Positions 54,873 to 63,208 of a stretch of DNA of 64,000 nt are shown here, one piece after another. The stretch is taken from the IMG/VR virus record IMGVR_UViG_3300028840_003851; one strand, 5' to 3'. The number at the start of each line of letters is the position of its first letter. Positions within the stretch are counted from its first letter, which is position 1. A model generated the notes under the pieces. It saw only the letters and a list, made by a program, of their open reading frames with translations, was not told the DNA's origin and did no database searches. The stretch is from a virus. Both the position numbers and the translations under genes were made by a program.

Positions 54873-55037
54873 CTATCTACCTGCTTCCTTGATGAGCCCC
54901 TCGGCTTGTGCCACAAGAACTCGCCACTCTGCTAGCGGGATACGGAACACCTGTACGCAGCTGTCACTCACCTTTACGGAGAGCTGCACCTCTTTGGTGT
55001 CCTTCTTGTATTCGACCTTTGTAAGTGTGGAGAACAT
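54873..55037 (-). CDS. Small hypothetical protein (54 aa; not in ORF track)
   Basis: MFSTLTKVEYKKDTKEVQLSVKVSDSCVQVFRIPLAEW; fills the gap between two virion genes. Confidence 0.5.
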   Translation of the reverse strand: MFSTLTKVEYKKDTKEVQLSVKVSDSCVQVFRIPLAEWRVLVAQAEGLIKEAGR

Positions 55038-55041
55038 AGAG

Positions 55042-56928
55042 CTACACGAAGGTTACGGACATAGAGTCCAGCTGAGTTCCTGGATTGATGATGCGTACCC
55101 AGCCATAGAACCCTATGCTTGCCGGGGTACCTGGGCCGAAGGTGCAGTTGATTGTGTTCCCTACGGAGGAGCCTTCCCTAATGCCGGAGCCGGGTACTGT
55201 CACACCGTCGTCCCAGAAGGCAAGGTTGAACGGCTCATGCACCCGTAGGGGGAAGGTGTTCCCTGGGGGAGGTCCGAAGTTACCTCCGGAGGGAGCATCG
55301 ATACGGTAGACATATACCTCAAGGTTCCCTGCAATGAGGTCTGCCAGGGCGTCTCCTGCCGCGAAGACGCCGGAGAACACAATCGTGAAGGAGGGTATGA
55401 GGCCGGGAGCCTGCGTGAACCTTCTGCCGTAGTCTACGGGAGCTCCTAGAGCCGAATAGTCTGGGTTAGCGCCGCCTACATCGGGCTTGTACAGCGTCCA
55501 ATCGGCGTTGGGGCTTGACGGTCCGTCCGAGCGAACGTAGGTCGTGGTGTTAGGTACCAAGAGGTAGCTGTCGTACTGCTGAGCTTCACCAGCTAGGAGG
55601 GCGTTAGAGCTCACCCACGTACCTGCCCCTGGGAAGCTAGCTGGGTCCTCTCTGCGAGCCTCGTCATCGAATCCCTCAAACAGGTCCGTGCTTGTAATCG
55701 TCCACGTGTCTATCAGCACAAGAGCATTAGCGGACAGCTGAGACCCACCAGCCGCCCACGGGTCTTGAGGTGTAGCTACGATATTCGCGGTGGGCCCCAT
55801 GTACCGGTAGTTGGCTTGAGATATGGCCCACGTGGTGTTTGTGTACCCAACACCAGCCACATCATGGTTGTTCGTCCACCCCGTGAAGCTCCCGGCTCCC
55901 GCACCAAACGGGCACTGGTTAAGCGTGGCTAGCCCATACTCTGCCCCATTTAGGACGAGGTTGCTGTCCACCCTGCTAGTGTTCTCGTTGAGGTCGTCAA
56001 TGCCGATGATGTTGGCTGTGAACTGGCTGTTGAGAACGTAGTACTCAAGTCCGGACAGGTGCTTGGTCTGAATGCCGCCACCTGTCTCTGCAATGGTTAC
56101 CGCACCGCTTATGCTGGGGGTCGTGGGGTTGGCGTCCAGGAACACATCGCTTTGAGTGTACGTGTGCGAAGAGCCGTCTGTAGCACTGTCTGTGTCGTGC
56201 GTGATGGCTACGTGGTACCTGCCACCCGCTAGTCCAGCATTCGTCAGTATAGCGCCGATGTTGACCGTCACAGCCATCTTGGCCTGGAACCTAAGAGAGT
56301 CCGGGCCGTATCCTGTGATGGCAACCGTGATGTTACCGCTGGGAGAGTTATGCAGAGCCACACCGTCTAGCACGGGAGTGGTGTACGTCTCTAACAGGGA
56401 CACCCCATCAGCGTCGTACACGTTGATGGTAGCCGTGCTATCCCCACCAAACCCGGTGGTGTTAGCCGGGGTTGTGAACCCTACAGCAGCGGTGGTAGCG
56501 GCGTCTTGGTCTGTGCCAGCCCACCCTCCGGTGTTAAACGGAGTGCCCTCCCCTCCCGCGGGAGCAGAGATATGTGCGGAAGTACGTGATTGGCCCTCTA
56601 CAACGCTCTGGTCTCCGTTGGCGCCATCAGACGTGTTCCAGTGAGAGAGAAAGGTAGGAGTAGGTATGAATATGTTCACCTGCCCAGGTATAGAAGGGTC
56701 TGAAGCGAGTACATCCGCTCCTATGAAGTTGAGGGCTGTTACGCCCGTTAGAACTACCGTCCCCTCGTCTAAAACAGTGACTCCGCCTATTCCCCCGCTC
56801 TGCTCGAGACGGTAGAAAGCCTCGTCGATGTCGTTACGAAGGTCGGTAATCTCCCCGCCCCTACCACGGCTCTTTAACAGATGCACGCGAACGGGCTTTT
56901 CATCTTTGAAGGACTGAGACTTTCCCAC
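55042..56928 (-). CDS. Virion structural protein (beta-rich)
   Basis: 628 aa, G/T/A-rich; N-terminal short coiled coil plus GVTVLDEG..V...VT.LNF.GA module. Confidence 0.7.
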   Translation of the reverse strand: MGKSQSFKDEKPVRVHLLKSRGRGGEITDLRNDIDEAFYRLEQSGGIGGVTVLDEGTVVLTGVTALNFIGADVLASDPSIPGQVNIFIPTPTFLSHWNTSDGANGDQSVVEGQSRTSAHISAPAGGEGTPFNTGGWAGTDQDAATTAAVGFTTPANTTGFGGDSTATINVYDADGVSLLETYTTPVLDGVALHNSPSGNITVAITGYGPDSLRFQAKMAVTVNIGAILTNAGLAGGRYHVAITHDTDSATDGSSHTYTQSDVFLDANPTTPSISGAVTIAETGGGIQTKHLSGLEYYVLNSQFTANIIGIDDLNENTSRVDSNLVLNGAEYGLATLNQCPFGAGAGSFTGWTNNHDVAGVGYTNTTWAISQANYRYMGPTANIVATPQDPWAAGGSQLSANALVLIDTWTITSTDLFEGFDDEARREDPASFPGAGTWVSSNALLAGEAQQYDSYLLVPNTTTYVRSDGPSSPNADWTLYKPDVGGANPDYSALGAPVDYGRRFTQAPGLIPSFTIVFSGVFAAGDALADLIAGNLEVYVYRIDAPSGGNFGPPPGNTFPLRVHEPFNLAFWDDGVTVPGSGIREGSSVGNTINCTFGPGTPASIGFYGWVRIINPGTQLDSMSVTFV

Positions 56929-56969
56929 AGCACCTCTACTCTAGCAGCTGACTGCTTTCTAAGGGAACG

Positions 56970-59555
56970 TCACACAAGACCATACGCGCTGAGCGCTGAT
57001 ATTGTCTGAGGAGAGATGCCTCCTGCAGCACTCATGGCGCTCCCGAATGTAGGATACGGGTTACCTATAGAAGCTCTAGGAGCTACGGGACCACCTGGCC
57101 CCACAGACCATCCGGACGACAAGGGACCGCCTCCCGCCATCCGCATCCCAGAGCCCTTCATCGCCTTCATGATTGCTCTTTGCTCGTTAGCCTGCACCTT
57201 GAACGCGGTAGGGTAGTAATCCTCCTTCCCCATCACCTGCACCTTGGCCGTCTTCTCCTGCACCGCAGCCTGCTTCACCTCCATCCCTAGCTCCCTGGCA
57301 CGTTCCACCCTCCCCTGAAGGTCCTTGACCCGAAGAAGCTGACGACGTACCTCCTTCGCACTGTCTCGCGGAGCTCCTCCACTTCTCTGGTTGGCGAGAA
57401 GGGTGCCTACTGTGCTTCCTCCCAGCACTCCAACGAGAGGTGCCGCTTGCGCCAGGAGATGCTTTCCTCCAAGAGCACGGGCACCGAGACCTGCACCAAA
57501 GCCTAAGCCAGCACCAGCCAAACCGTACAGCTGCTGCCGCCTCCTGCGCTCCTTCATCTGCTCTGCCGCGCCGGCAGCTCTCTCCAGAGCCTGACCCTGT
57601 TGATGGTGGGCCAAGATACCCTCCAGCAGGGCTGCAGTGTCGTCCCCCTTTTCCGCCGTCTTTGCTGTGCCCTCCGGGTCTACACCCAAAAGAGCCTTAA
57701 CGACGTCAAGGCCAACCTCAAACATGCTGCTTAATAGCTTAGGGGGTATGTGCTCCTTATATGCCTGTAGTGCGTCACTCTTGTTGTCATAGCCGACAAA
57801 CACCTTGTACTCATCGAACGTACCGTCCGGCTTTACCTGCCTAGCCCAGAATGTCCTTGTAGAGCCTTTGCTCGGGCCTACGAACACATCAAGGCTATCC
57901 CCGTCTCCTCCATTAGCACCTTTGAGGTAGCCGTAGTCTGTCTTGTACACGCGCTTCCACGGTGTACCCCCCTCGTCTACGCCCTCCATGACGAACCCCT
58001 TTGGGCGGTCTATGTGCACAGTGAGCCCTTGAAAGTATACCTTCTTCTTTGCTCTACCGTCCTGCGCAATCTTGTCTAGCTCTCCTACGAACCCACGCCA
58101 CCTGTGGAGCGCTGTAGGAGACCAGACCTCTGCTCTTTTCTCTTTGCTATCCATTAGCCCTCTAAACTGCCCTATCAGCTTCTCTTTACGTTGGGCGTGT
58201 GCCGTCAGGTACTCATCTATGCCCCCGCCGGGCTTTGTTATCTTCAGCTTCTCCAGCAACCCTGCCTTTGGTCTTGTGGCAAGGTAGCTCTCTACTGTGA
58301 TGTTTCGTTCCTTCTTGGGTAGGTGCGTATGGCTTCTGTACCTAATGCCTCGGCCTTCCACCTGCTTCAGCTTCTCTGTGTTCCAGTGTGGCTCTAGCAC
58401 CTGGAGCAGCCTGGTGCCCTTGAGGTCTAGCCCCTCACCGCCTGCTGAGCTAAGCAGTAGAACCCTCTTATTCCCTTCATTGTAGTCTCGAACCAGCTGG
58501 TCACGCTCCTTCTTGGGCATGGCCCCGGTGAACTCCCCGTAGGGGATGCCCGCCTGCTCAAGCCTCTCCTTGTACGGGCGTACCCCAGCATCCAGATAGT
58601 TTGAGTAGACCACCCCCTTAAACCTGGGGTTGCCCTCTAGCTTAGCCTTCATACGTTTGAACGCTGTATCAACCTTGGGCTCTTGGGGGGGCTCCTTTGG
58701 CGCATGCGCCCTCGTGGAGAGAGATATCTGCCGTACAGCAGAGGCAAACGCGTTAAGCTGCTTGGACTCCTGCTTGGAGGGGGGGAGACCCGCCTTTATC
58801 TTGAGCGCTACCCACGGAGGGGCTTGTCCTATTACCCCATCGTACAGCTTGCGCTGTTTGGCGGTCATGGGAACCTTCACCACCTCCCTCCTCACGTCTG
58901 GGAAGTCGGCCTTCGTGCCAGGGTGGTAGTCTACCCACGTACGCATCACCTTCTTGAGCTCGTTGGCCTGTCTCGGGTTAAGCTCCTGCACCGTCCCAGG
59001 CTTGGCCCCACGGATACGCTGCCACAAGGAAGGATTGATGCGCGTCTCCTTCACGTACCTCTGCTCAAAGCTCTTCTGGTCTGGGGGGAGGACACGCTCC
59101 CCCGCGGCAATGTTTATCAGAGGAGCTATGTCACTTGGCCTATTATAAAATGGGCTCGCCGTGAGGAGCATACGCTTATCTGAGAGGTTCCTCTTAAGCG
59201 CTTGATAGGTCTTAGAGTCCACCTCTCTTGCTCTGTGCGCCTCATCTACAATCAGCATGGGCGCATCTATCACCTCGCCTGCTCTTGCTACACGCTGCAG
59301 AGTAGTAATAGCCGCCTCGGGGGAGGTGCCTTCTATGTGCTTCTCTCGCTCCTTCTCGTAGTTCGCCTTCAAGGAGGCGGGCACGACCACAGTAGAAGGA
59401 AGACCTAACGCATCCTGTGCAGCAATAGAGCTGAGGGTCTTACCAGAGCCTAGCCCATGAGCCACTACCAGCCCTGGCTGCTCCTTCATACGCTCTACTA
59501 CCTTGCGCTGATGGGGCTTTAGCTCATGGCGTATTGCCGCGACCTTCTCAGACAT
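56970..59555 (-). CDS. SNF2-like helicase + inorganic-pyrophosphatase-like (InPase) domain polyprotein
   Basis: LKPHQ, HGLGSGKT, VDEAH, LLTASPF, GEGLDL, EPHWN and QVEGRGIR motifs; then FQGL..HIDRPKG...DYGY..G..GGDGDSLDVFVG...FDEYKVFVG. Confidence 0.85.
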   Translation of the reverse strand: MSEKVAAIRHELKPHQRKVVERMKEQPGLVVAHGLGSGKTLSSIAAQDALGLPSTVVVPASLKANYEKEREKHIEGTSPEAAITTLQRVARAGEVIDAPMLIVDEAHRAREVDSKTYQALKRNLSDKRMLLTASPFYNRPSDIAPLINIAAGERVLPPDQKSFEQRYVKETRINPSLWQRIRGAKPGTVQELNPRQANELKKVMRTWVDYHPGTKADFPDVRREVVKVPMTAKQRKLYDGVIGQAPPWVALKIKAGLPPSKQESKQLNAFASAVRQISLSTRAHAPKEPPQEPKVDTAFKRMKAKLEGNPRFKGVVYSNYLDAGVRPYKERLEQAGIPYGEFTGAMPKKERDQLVRDYNEGNKRVLLLSSAGGEGLDLKGTRLLQVLEPHWNTEKLKQVEGRGIRYRSHTHLPKKERNITVESYLATRPKAGLLEKLKITKPGGGIDEYLTAHAQRKEKLIGQFRGLMDSKEKRAEVWSPTALHRWRGFVGELDKIAQDGRAKKKVYFQGLTVHIDRPKGFVMEGVDEGGTPWKRVYKTDYGYLKGANGGDGDSLDVFVGPSKGSTRTFWARQVKPDGTFDEYKVFVGYDNKSDALQAYKEHIPPKLLSSMFEVGLDVVKALLGVDPEGTAKTAEKGDDTAALLEGILAHHQQGQALERAAGAAEQMKERRRRQQLYGLAGAGLGFGAGLGARALGGKHLLAQAAPLVGVLGGSTVGTLLANQRSGGAPRDSAKEVRRQLLRVKDLQGRVERARELGMEVKQAAVQEKTAKVQVMGKEDYYPTAFKVQANEQRAIMKAMKGSGMRMAGGGPLSSGWSVGPGGPVAPRASIGNPYPTFGSAMSAAGGISPQTISALSAYGLV

Positions 59556-59632
59556 GCCTCATCGTACCACCATCCGTATGCACCGAGCACCTCTGTCAGA
59601 GCGAGATGTGAAAGTTCGTCATGAAATAAAGC

Positions 59633-59641
59633 ATAAGAATA
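59633..59641 (+). promoter_or_regulatory. ATAAGARTA motif at the head of the third rightward block
   Basis: ATAAGAATA; divergent from the SNF2 gene start. Confidence 0.55.
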
Positions 59642-59847
59642 ACGAGATGGAAGATACATCTCAGGTGCCGACCAGAGTTAAAGCCCTCTGGTCAGGGAGA
59701 GCAGTCTCCCGCCATCGGAGTGGCGCCCGGTGGTTAGTGTTTTTTACCGAGGTACTCTCGGTAGGCTGGATGCTGGGCCGGTGACCAACAGCATCCGCAA
59801 AAGCCTGAGCACGGAGCTTCCCGGAGCTCTGCGCTGCTTATCTTAAG

Positions 59848-60132
59848 AGAGGCTGCGGTGTACCGCCGCGGATTAACCTCTCGCATGGGCTCCTACCAGT
59901 CCCTTAAAGGTAGGGTACGGCTCATGGCAGGTCTCCTCTTCACAATGAGGCCACATGCAAAGGGACACGCAACGACTCTGACAGCACCGCCACGTTGGGC
60001 CTTCGGCCTCTCGCGGTGCAGTCAGATTCGCCGCGCTACACCCTCCGCTAATGGTGTCTCTCGGGGCGTCAGGAGGAAGTGTAGGGCTGTGGGTTATAGG
60101 CCCCAGCGGGTTCGAGTCCCGAAACAGCCTCT
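59848..60132 (+). ncRNA. Putative structured ncRNA with tRNA-like ends
   Basis: Closing stem AGAGGCTG/CAGCCTCT, T-arm CGGG-TTCGAGT-CCCG and several long internal helices. Confidence 0.55.
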
Positions 60133-60357
60133 ATGTATAAGACAAAAGGCATGACTCAGTCCGAGCTCTCCGAGCTCGGACTGATTGCTGGGTACCACAT
60201 AGTACCCAGCAACCCCCCACGCCTCCCGCGTGGGGAGCTAACACCGGCCTGCGAGTGTGAGTCGGACCACTGGGTCCGACTATTCGGCCCATGGTACGTC
60301 TGCCCCCTCTGCGGGGCAGCTCCTGCTGAAGGGCACGAGCCACTCGTATGCAGGTAA
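60133..60357 (+). CDS. Small zinc-finger protein
   Basis: CEC..H...CPLCG motifs. Confidence 0.5.
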   Translation: MYKTKGMTQSELSELGLIAGYHIVPSNPPRLPRGELTPACECESDHWVRLFGPWYVCPLCGAAPAEGHEPLVCR

Positions 60358-60414
60358 GGGTAATGGGAGCTCCCCTATGAGAGCGCCCCGTCCAAGCTGA
60401 GACGTTAAACCAGC

Positions 60415-60461
60415 TTTTCTTAGCTCCTTAAAAGTACGCTCAAGAATAGGTAATAAGAATA
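60415..60461 (+). promoter_or_regulatory. Bipartite putative phage promoter
   Basis: CTTAGCTCCTTAAA, then ATAAGAATA (60453-61) 32 nt after the TAG, followed by GTG. Confidence 0.6.
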
Positions 60462-60518
60462 GTGAAGGAGACCACAGACACGTGCAAAGGTTGTGCGCTG
60501 CTCTAGTGGTTCAAGAAA

Positions 60519-61691
60519 ATGTCGAACATCACTTCCAACATCACCACCATCACCACCATCAGCACAACCGCAACCATAATCAACACCCCGGTGGTAGTCG
60601 ACCGCCGGGAGGGGGAGGAGGACCGAAGGGTCCTCGAGGTGGTTGGGGACGTAAGGGATGAGGAGGAGATTGAAAATCTCCTCCTCATTGTGGACGCGTT
60701 GATGGAGGGGAGGGAGGAGGTGGTTCCTGCCCTCCTCCCGGAGGGGTGGGAGTACAACGACGGGTACTTCCCACCCCGTATCGACACCACGTGGGAATCC
60801 CCGACCTCCCCGCTCCCCCCTATGGGAGCGGTGAAGGATTACCTGAACGAAATCCGGGTATCCATCCAAAACTATCCCCCGAGTGATGAGGTTGCCCGGG
60901 CCGTAATGGCTTGGGCCGAGACCCTCCCAGAGGGTAGGGGGAGGCGACTGGTGGGGGGAGCCCAAGCGGGCTCCGGGCACATAGCCCTACTCGATGGATG
61001 GAACGCCTACCAGCGAGAAGGGTGTGACTGGGTGAGCGTAGAGTTCGAGTTCCCTCCCGTCGAGGAGGTAATAGGGGCTCTGCGCGCCCTGCGTCCCGGG
61101 AGGTACGATAGGGAGGAGGTTGCCGTTCTCGGCAATCGGTTCTCCAGGCTACCCTGGGGATCGATTGAGGGGATGCCCGGATGGTTCATCCAGGACAGGG
61201 CAAAAGGGGACTGGTCGTCCCCTTACAGGGAGCGGACATTGTGCCTCCACCGAGTACCGGTAGTGACCATGGAGTACTGCACCTCCCTGATGCCCTTCAG
61301 GACCTTGGAGCTCCAGGTGTTCTCCGTGGAGGAGGGTAAGGCCCTCCGCCAGAGGGAGAAGGAGGAGAACCGCGCCAGTGCCCGAGAGTACGCAGACTCT
61401 AGGGCCCAGGCTAGGGACCTTCTCCTAGCAGGGGCGGAGCTGCAGTACTTTCCCGGGCAGATGGGAGGGGTGCTGTACTTTGAGGGCCTGCAAAGGTATG
61501 TCTCCGCTCACGGCGCCCTGCGGGGGCTCCTCCCGGATGTCGAGGTGGCAGAGCTGCTGTATAAGGCGGCGCAGGAGGACGCACCTCGCTGGATACGACT
61601 CCCACGGAAGCCCACTATACCAAAGTGGGTGGGGAAGAAGGCGGGGAGGTCCGCCGAAGCAGACATAGAGGAGGGGCTGGCTGAGCTCTAA
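60519..61691 (+). CDS. Hypothetical protein (390 aa)
   Basis: Long ORF after the promoter motif; T/I-rich N-terminus. Confidence 0.7.
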   Translation: MSNITSNITTITTISTTATIINTPVVVDRREGEEDRRVLEVVGDVRDEEEIENLLLIVDALMEGREEVVPALLPEGWEYNDGYFPPRIDTTWESPTSPLPPMGAVKDYLNEIRVSIQNYPPSDEVARAVMAWAETLPEGRGRRLVGGAQAGSGHIALLDGWNAYQREGCDWVSVEFEFPPVEEVIGALRALRPGRYDREEVAVLGNRFSRLPWGSIEGMPGWFIQDRAKGDWSSPYRERTLCLHRVPVVTMEYCTSLMPFRTLELQVFSVEEGKALRQREKEENRASAREYADSRAQARDLLLAGAELQYFPGQMGGVLYFEGLQRYVSAHGALRGLLPDVEVAELLYKAAQEDAPRWIRLPRKPTIPKWVGKKAGRSAEADIEEGLAEL

Positions 61692-61823
61692 AGGCCAGCC
61701 CCTTCCCTCCCCAGTGGTCGTGGCAAAGCCACTGGGGAGACACCGATGTGTCTGGCAAGCACATGGTGTAACCTCGTCCTCAGCTGAAGGACGTTAAGCA
61801 GAGCGCACAAGCTCTTCGGCACG

Positions 61824-61883
61824 GGACCATTAATGGTCCTTTTTAGTACCGTAAAATAATACGTAAAATCGAGCATAAGAGTA
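61824..61883 (+). promoter_or_regulatory. Terminator + bipartite promoter cassette
   Basis: GGACC-ATTAAT-GGTCC-TTTTTAG TACCGTAAA, then ATAAGAGTA (61875-83) 31 nt after the TAG. Confidence 0.65.
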
Positions 61884-61888
61884 ATGGT

Positions 61889-62182
61889 ATGAAATACAAC
61901 CGCGACTGCAGCGTGTGCCTCAGTGAGAGGCGCAACCCATTCAGTCATGAATGGGACTGCGTCGCGGGTCCAGAGTGCCCGGAGTGCCATAAGTGCTCCG
62001 GGGTAATATTCGACACACAGTACAAGTCGGTAGACGGAAAATACTACTGGCGGGAGTACTATGTCGAGCCCCATGGCCGCATGGGGAACAGAAGCTACAA
62101 CGACGACTACCGAGTCGGGTACTTCTGCTCATGCGGCTGGGAGTACTCCAGACCCCGGCGTAGGAAGAAGGATGATGAGTAA
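61889..62182 (+). CDS. Small Cys-rich protein
   Basis: CSVC, CPECHKC and CSCG motifs. Confidence 0.6.
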   Translation: MKYNRDCSVCLSERRNPFSHEWDCVAGPECPECHKCSGVIFDTQYKSVDGKYYWREYYVEPHGRMGNRSYNDDYRVGYFCSCGWEYSRPRRRKKDDE

Positions 62183-62250
62183 GGGAGCTCTCAAGTCCCA
62201 CGTCTAAGCTGTGAGACGTTAAACCATGGGCGCAACAGCCCTACCAGCAC

Positions 62251-62280
62251 GGACCTCATGGTCCTTTTTAGCTCCGTAAA
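62251..62280 (+). terminator. Terminator + upstream half of the promoter element
   Basis: GGACC-TCAT-GGTCC-TTTTTAGCTCCGTAAA; no ATAAGA motif downstream. Confidence 0.55.
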
Positions 62281-62312
62281 CAGGGTTCTCTCTGCGGTGC
62301 TACACTGTATGC

Positions 62313-62600
62313 ATGAAGGACGAGGAGCTGGAGGCCATCAAGGAGCGCCTCAAAGAGACAGACAACAGAGCAGCCTCCCTAGGGGTCTACTCCCAGACGA
62401 CGAACGACATGCGCGCCCTCATCCAAGAGATAGAGGTCTTGCGCAGGCGACAAGCCCTGTTAGCTGCTGTCGTAGACGCTGCAGTAAGACTTTGGTCGGT
62501 AGGAGCCGGTCTTCTCCGTACCTCGCTTAAGGACCTGCACGACCGATGGCCCAACTGGCAGAGCGAGACATCCCGCAGGAGCGGCAAGAAGGAGGACTAG
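62313..62600 (+). CDS. Small coiled-coil protein
   Basis: 95 aa. Confidence 0.6.
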   Translation: MKDEELEAIKERLKETDNRAASLGVYSQTTNDMRALIQEIEVLRRRQALLAAVVDAAVRLWSVGAGLLRTSLKDLHDRWPNWQSETSRRSGKKED

Positions 62601-62963
62601 ATGGAGGAGAAGCTAGCCGTAGAGCTCATCAAGACCGTCCCCCTAGTAGGAGTTCTGTTCTGCGCGCTAACCCTAATATGGAGAAGACTTATTGCTGTTC
62701 AGGATAAGCACGACACATACCTTAAGGAGAACGCTGACAAGCTCACTATGCATACAGACAAGCTCCGCGAGGCCATAACAAACAATACACACGCCAACCA
62801 GAGCGTAGCTAAGGGGCTAGCAGAGCTACGTAGGTCAAACGAGCTGTTGGCGCGAGAGGTGATGGAGCTCCGCCTGGAGCATAGGTCCCCGTCCACTAGA
62901 CCCCTTATTGACTCCTCTAGGCCCCCACTAGAGTCGGGACACAGAATCTACACGGAGGAGTGA
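62601..62963 (+). CDS. Holin-like membrane protein (N-terminal TM + coiled coil)
   Basis: VPLVGVLFCALTLIW followed by heptads; SD AGGAGG. Confidence 0.4.
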   Translation: MEEKLAVELIKTVPLVGVLFCALTLIWRRLIAVQDKHDTYLKENADKLTMHTDKLREAITNNTHANQSVAKGLAELRRSNELLAREVMELRLEHRSPSTRPLIDSSRPPLESGHRIYTEE

Positions 62964-63208
62964 TGAAGAGCTTCATCTACCTCCTATTTGGGGAGCTGAG
63001 CAAAGTAACGCCTGAGGAGAAGAGGCTGCATGACGCTTGGGACAAGCTAGGGGAGGCGAACGACGAGATTAACAATAACCTGGATAGACTGGAGGGGGCT
63101 ATACGTAAGGCCAGGAAGCAGGGCGCCCAGGCTGCGCAGGAGATACTCGATGGAGAAGAGGCCAGGCAAAGAGGAGAGCAAGACGGAGAATGCGCGAAGG
63201 AGAGTTAG
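62960..63208 (+). CDS. Small coiled-coil protein
   Basis: 82 aa; overlapping start. Confidence 0.55.
   Translation: MMKSFIYLLFGELSKVTPEEKRLHDAWDKLGEANDEINNNLDRLEGAIRKARKQGAQAAQEILDGEEARQRGEQDGECAKES

Noticed and set aside
59848-60132. Firm call as tmRNA, RNase P RNA or a second group I intron
   Set aside because: It lacks the G3.U70 pair, CCA end and ALAA tag of tmRNA, and lacks the RNase P P4 consensus. GCAACGACT/AGTCAG resemble intron R/S elements, but the helix order does not fit a group I core.
61706-61738. 11-bp hairpin CTCCCCAGTGG/CCACTGGGGAG as a special element
   Set aside because: It follows a stop codon and is most simply a transcript-stabilising or terminator hairpin; there is no further evidence.
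16025-62280. CRISPR array
   Set aside because: The repeats are few, dispersed and separated by genes; there are no regular repeat-spacer units. The Cas4-like nuclease sits in a recombination operon with no other cas genes.
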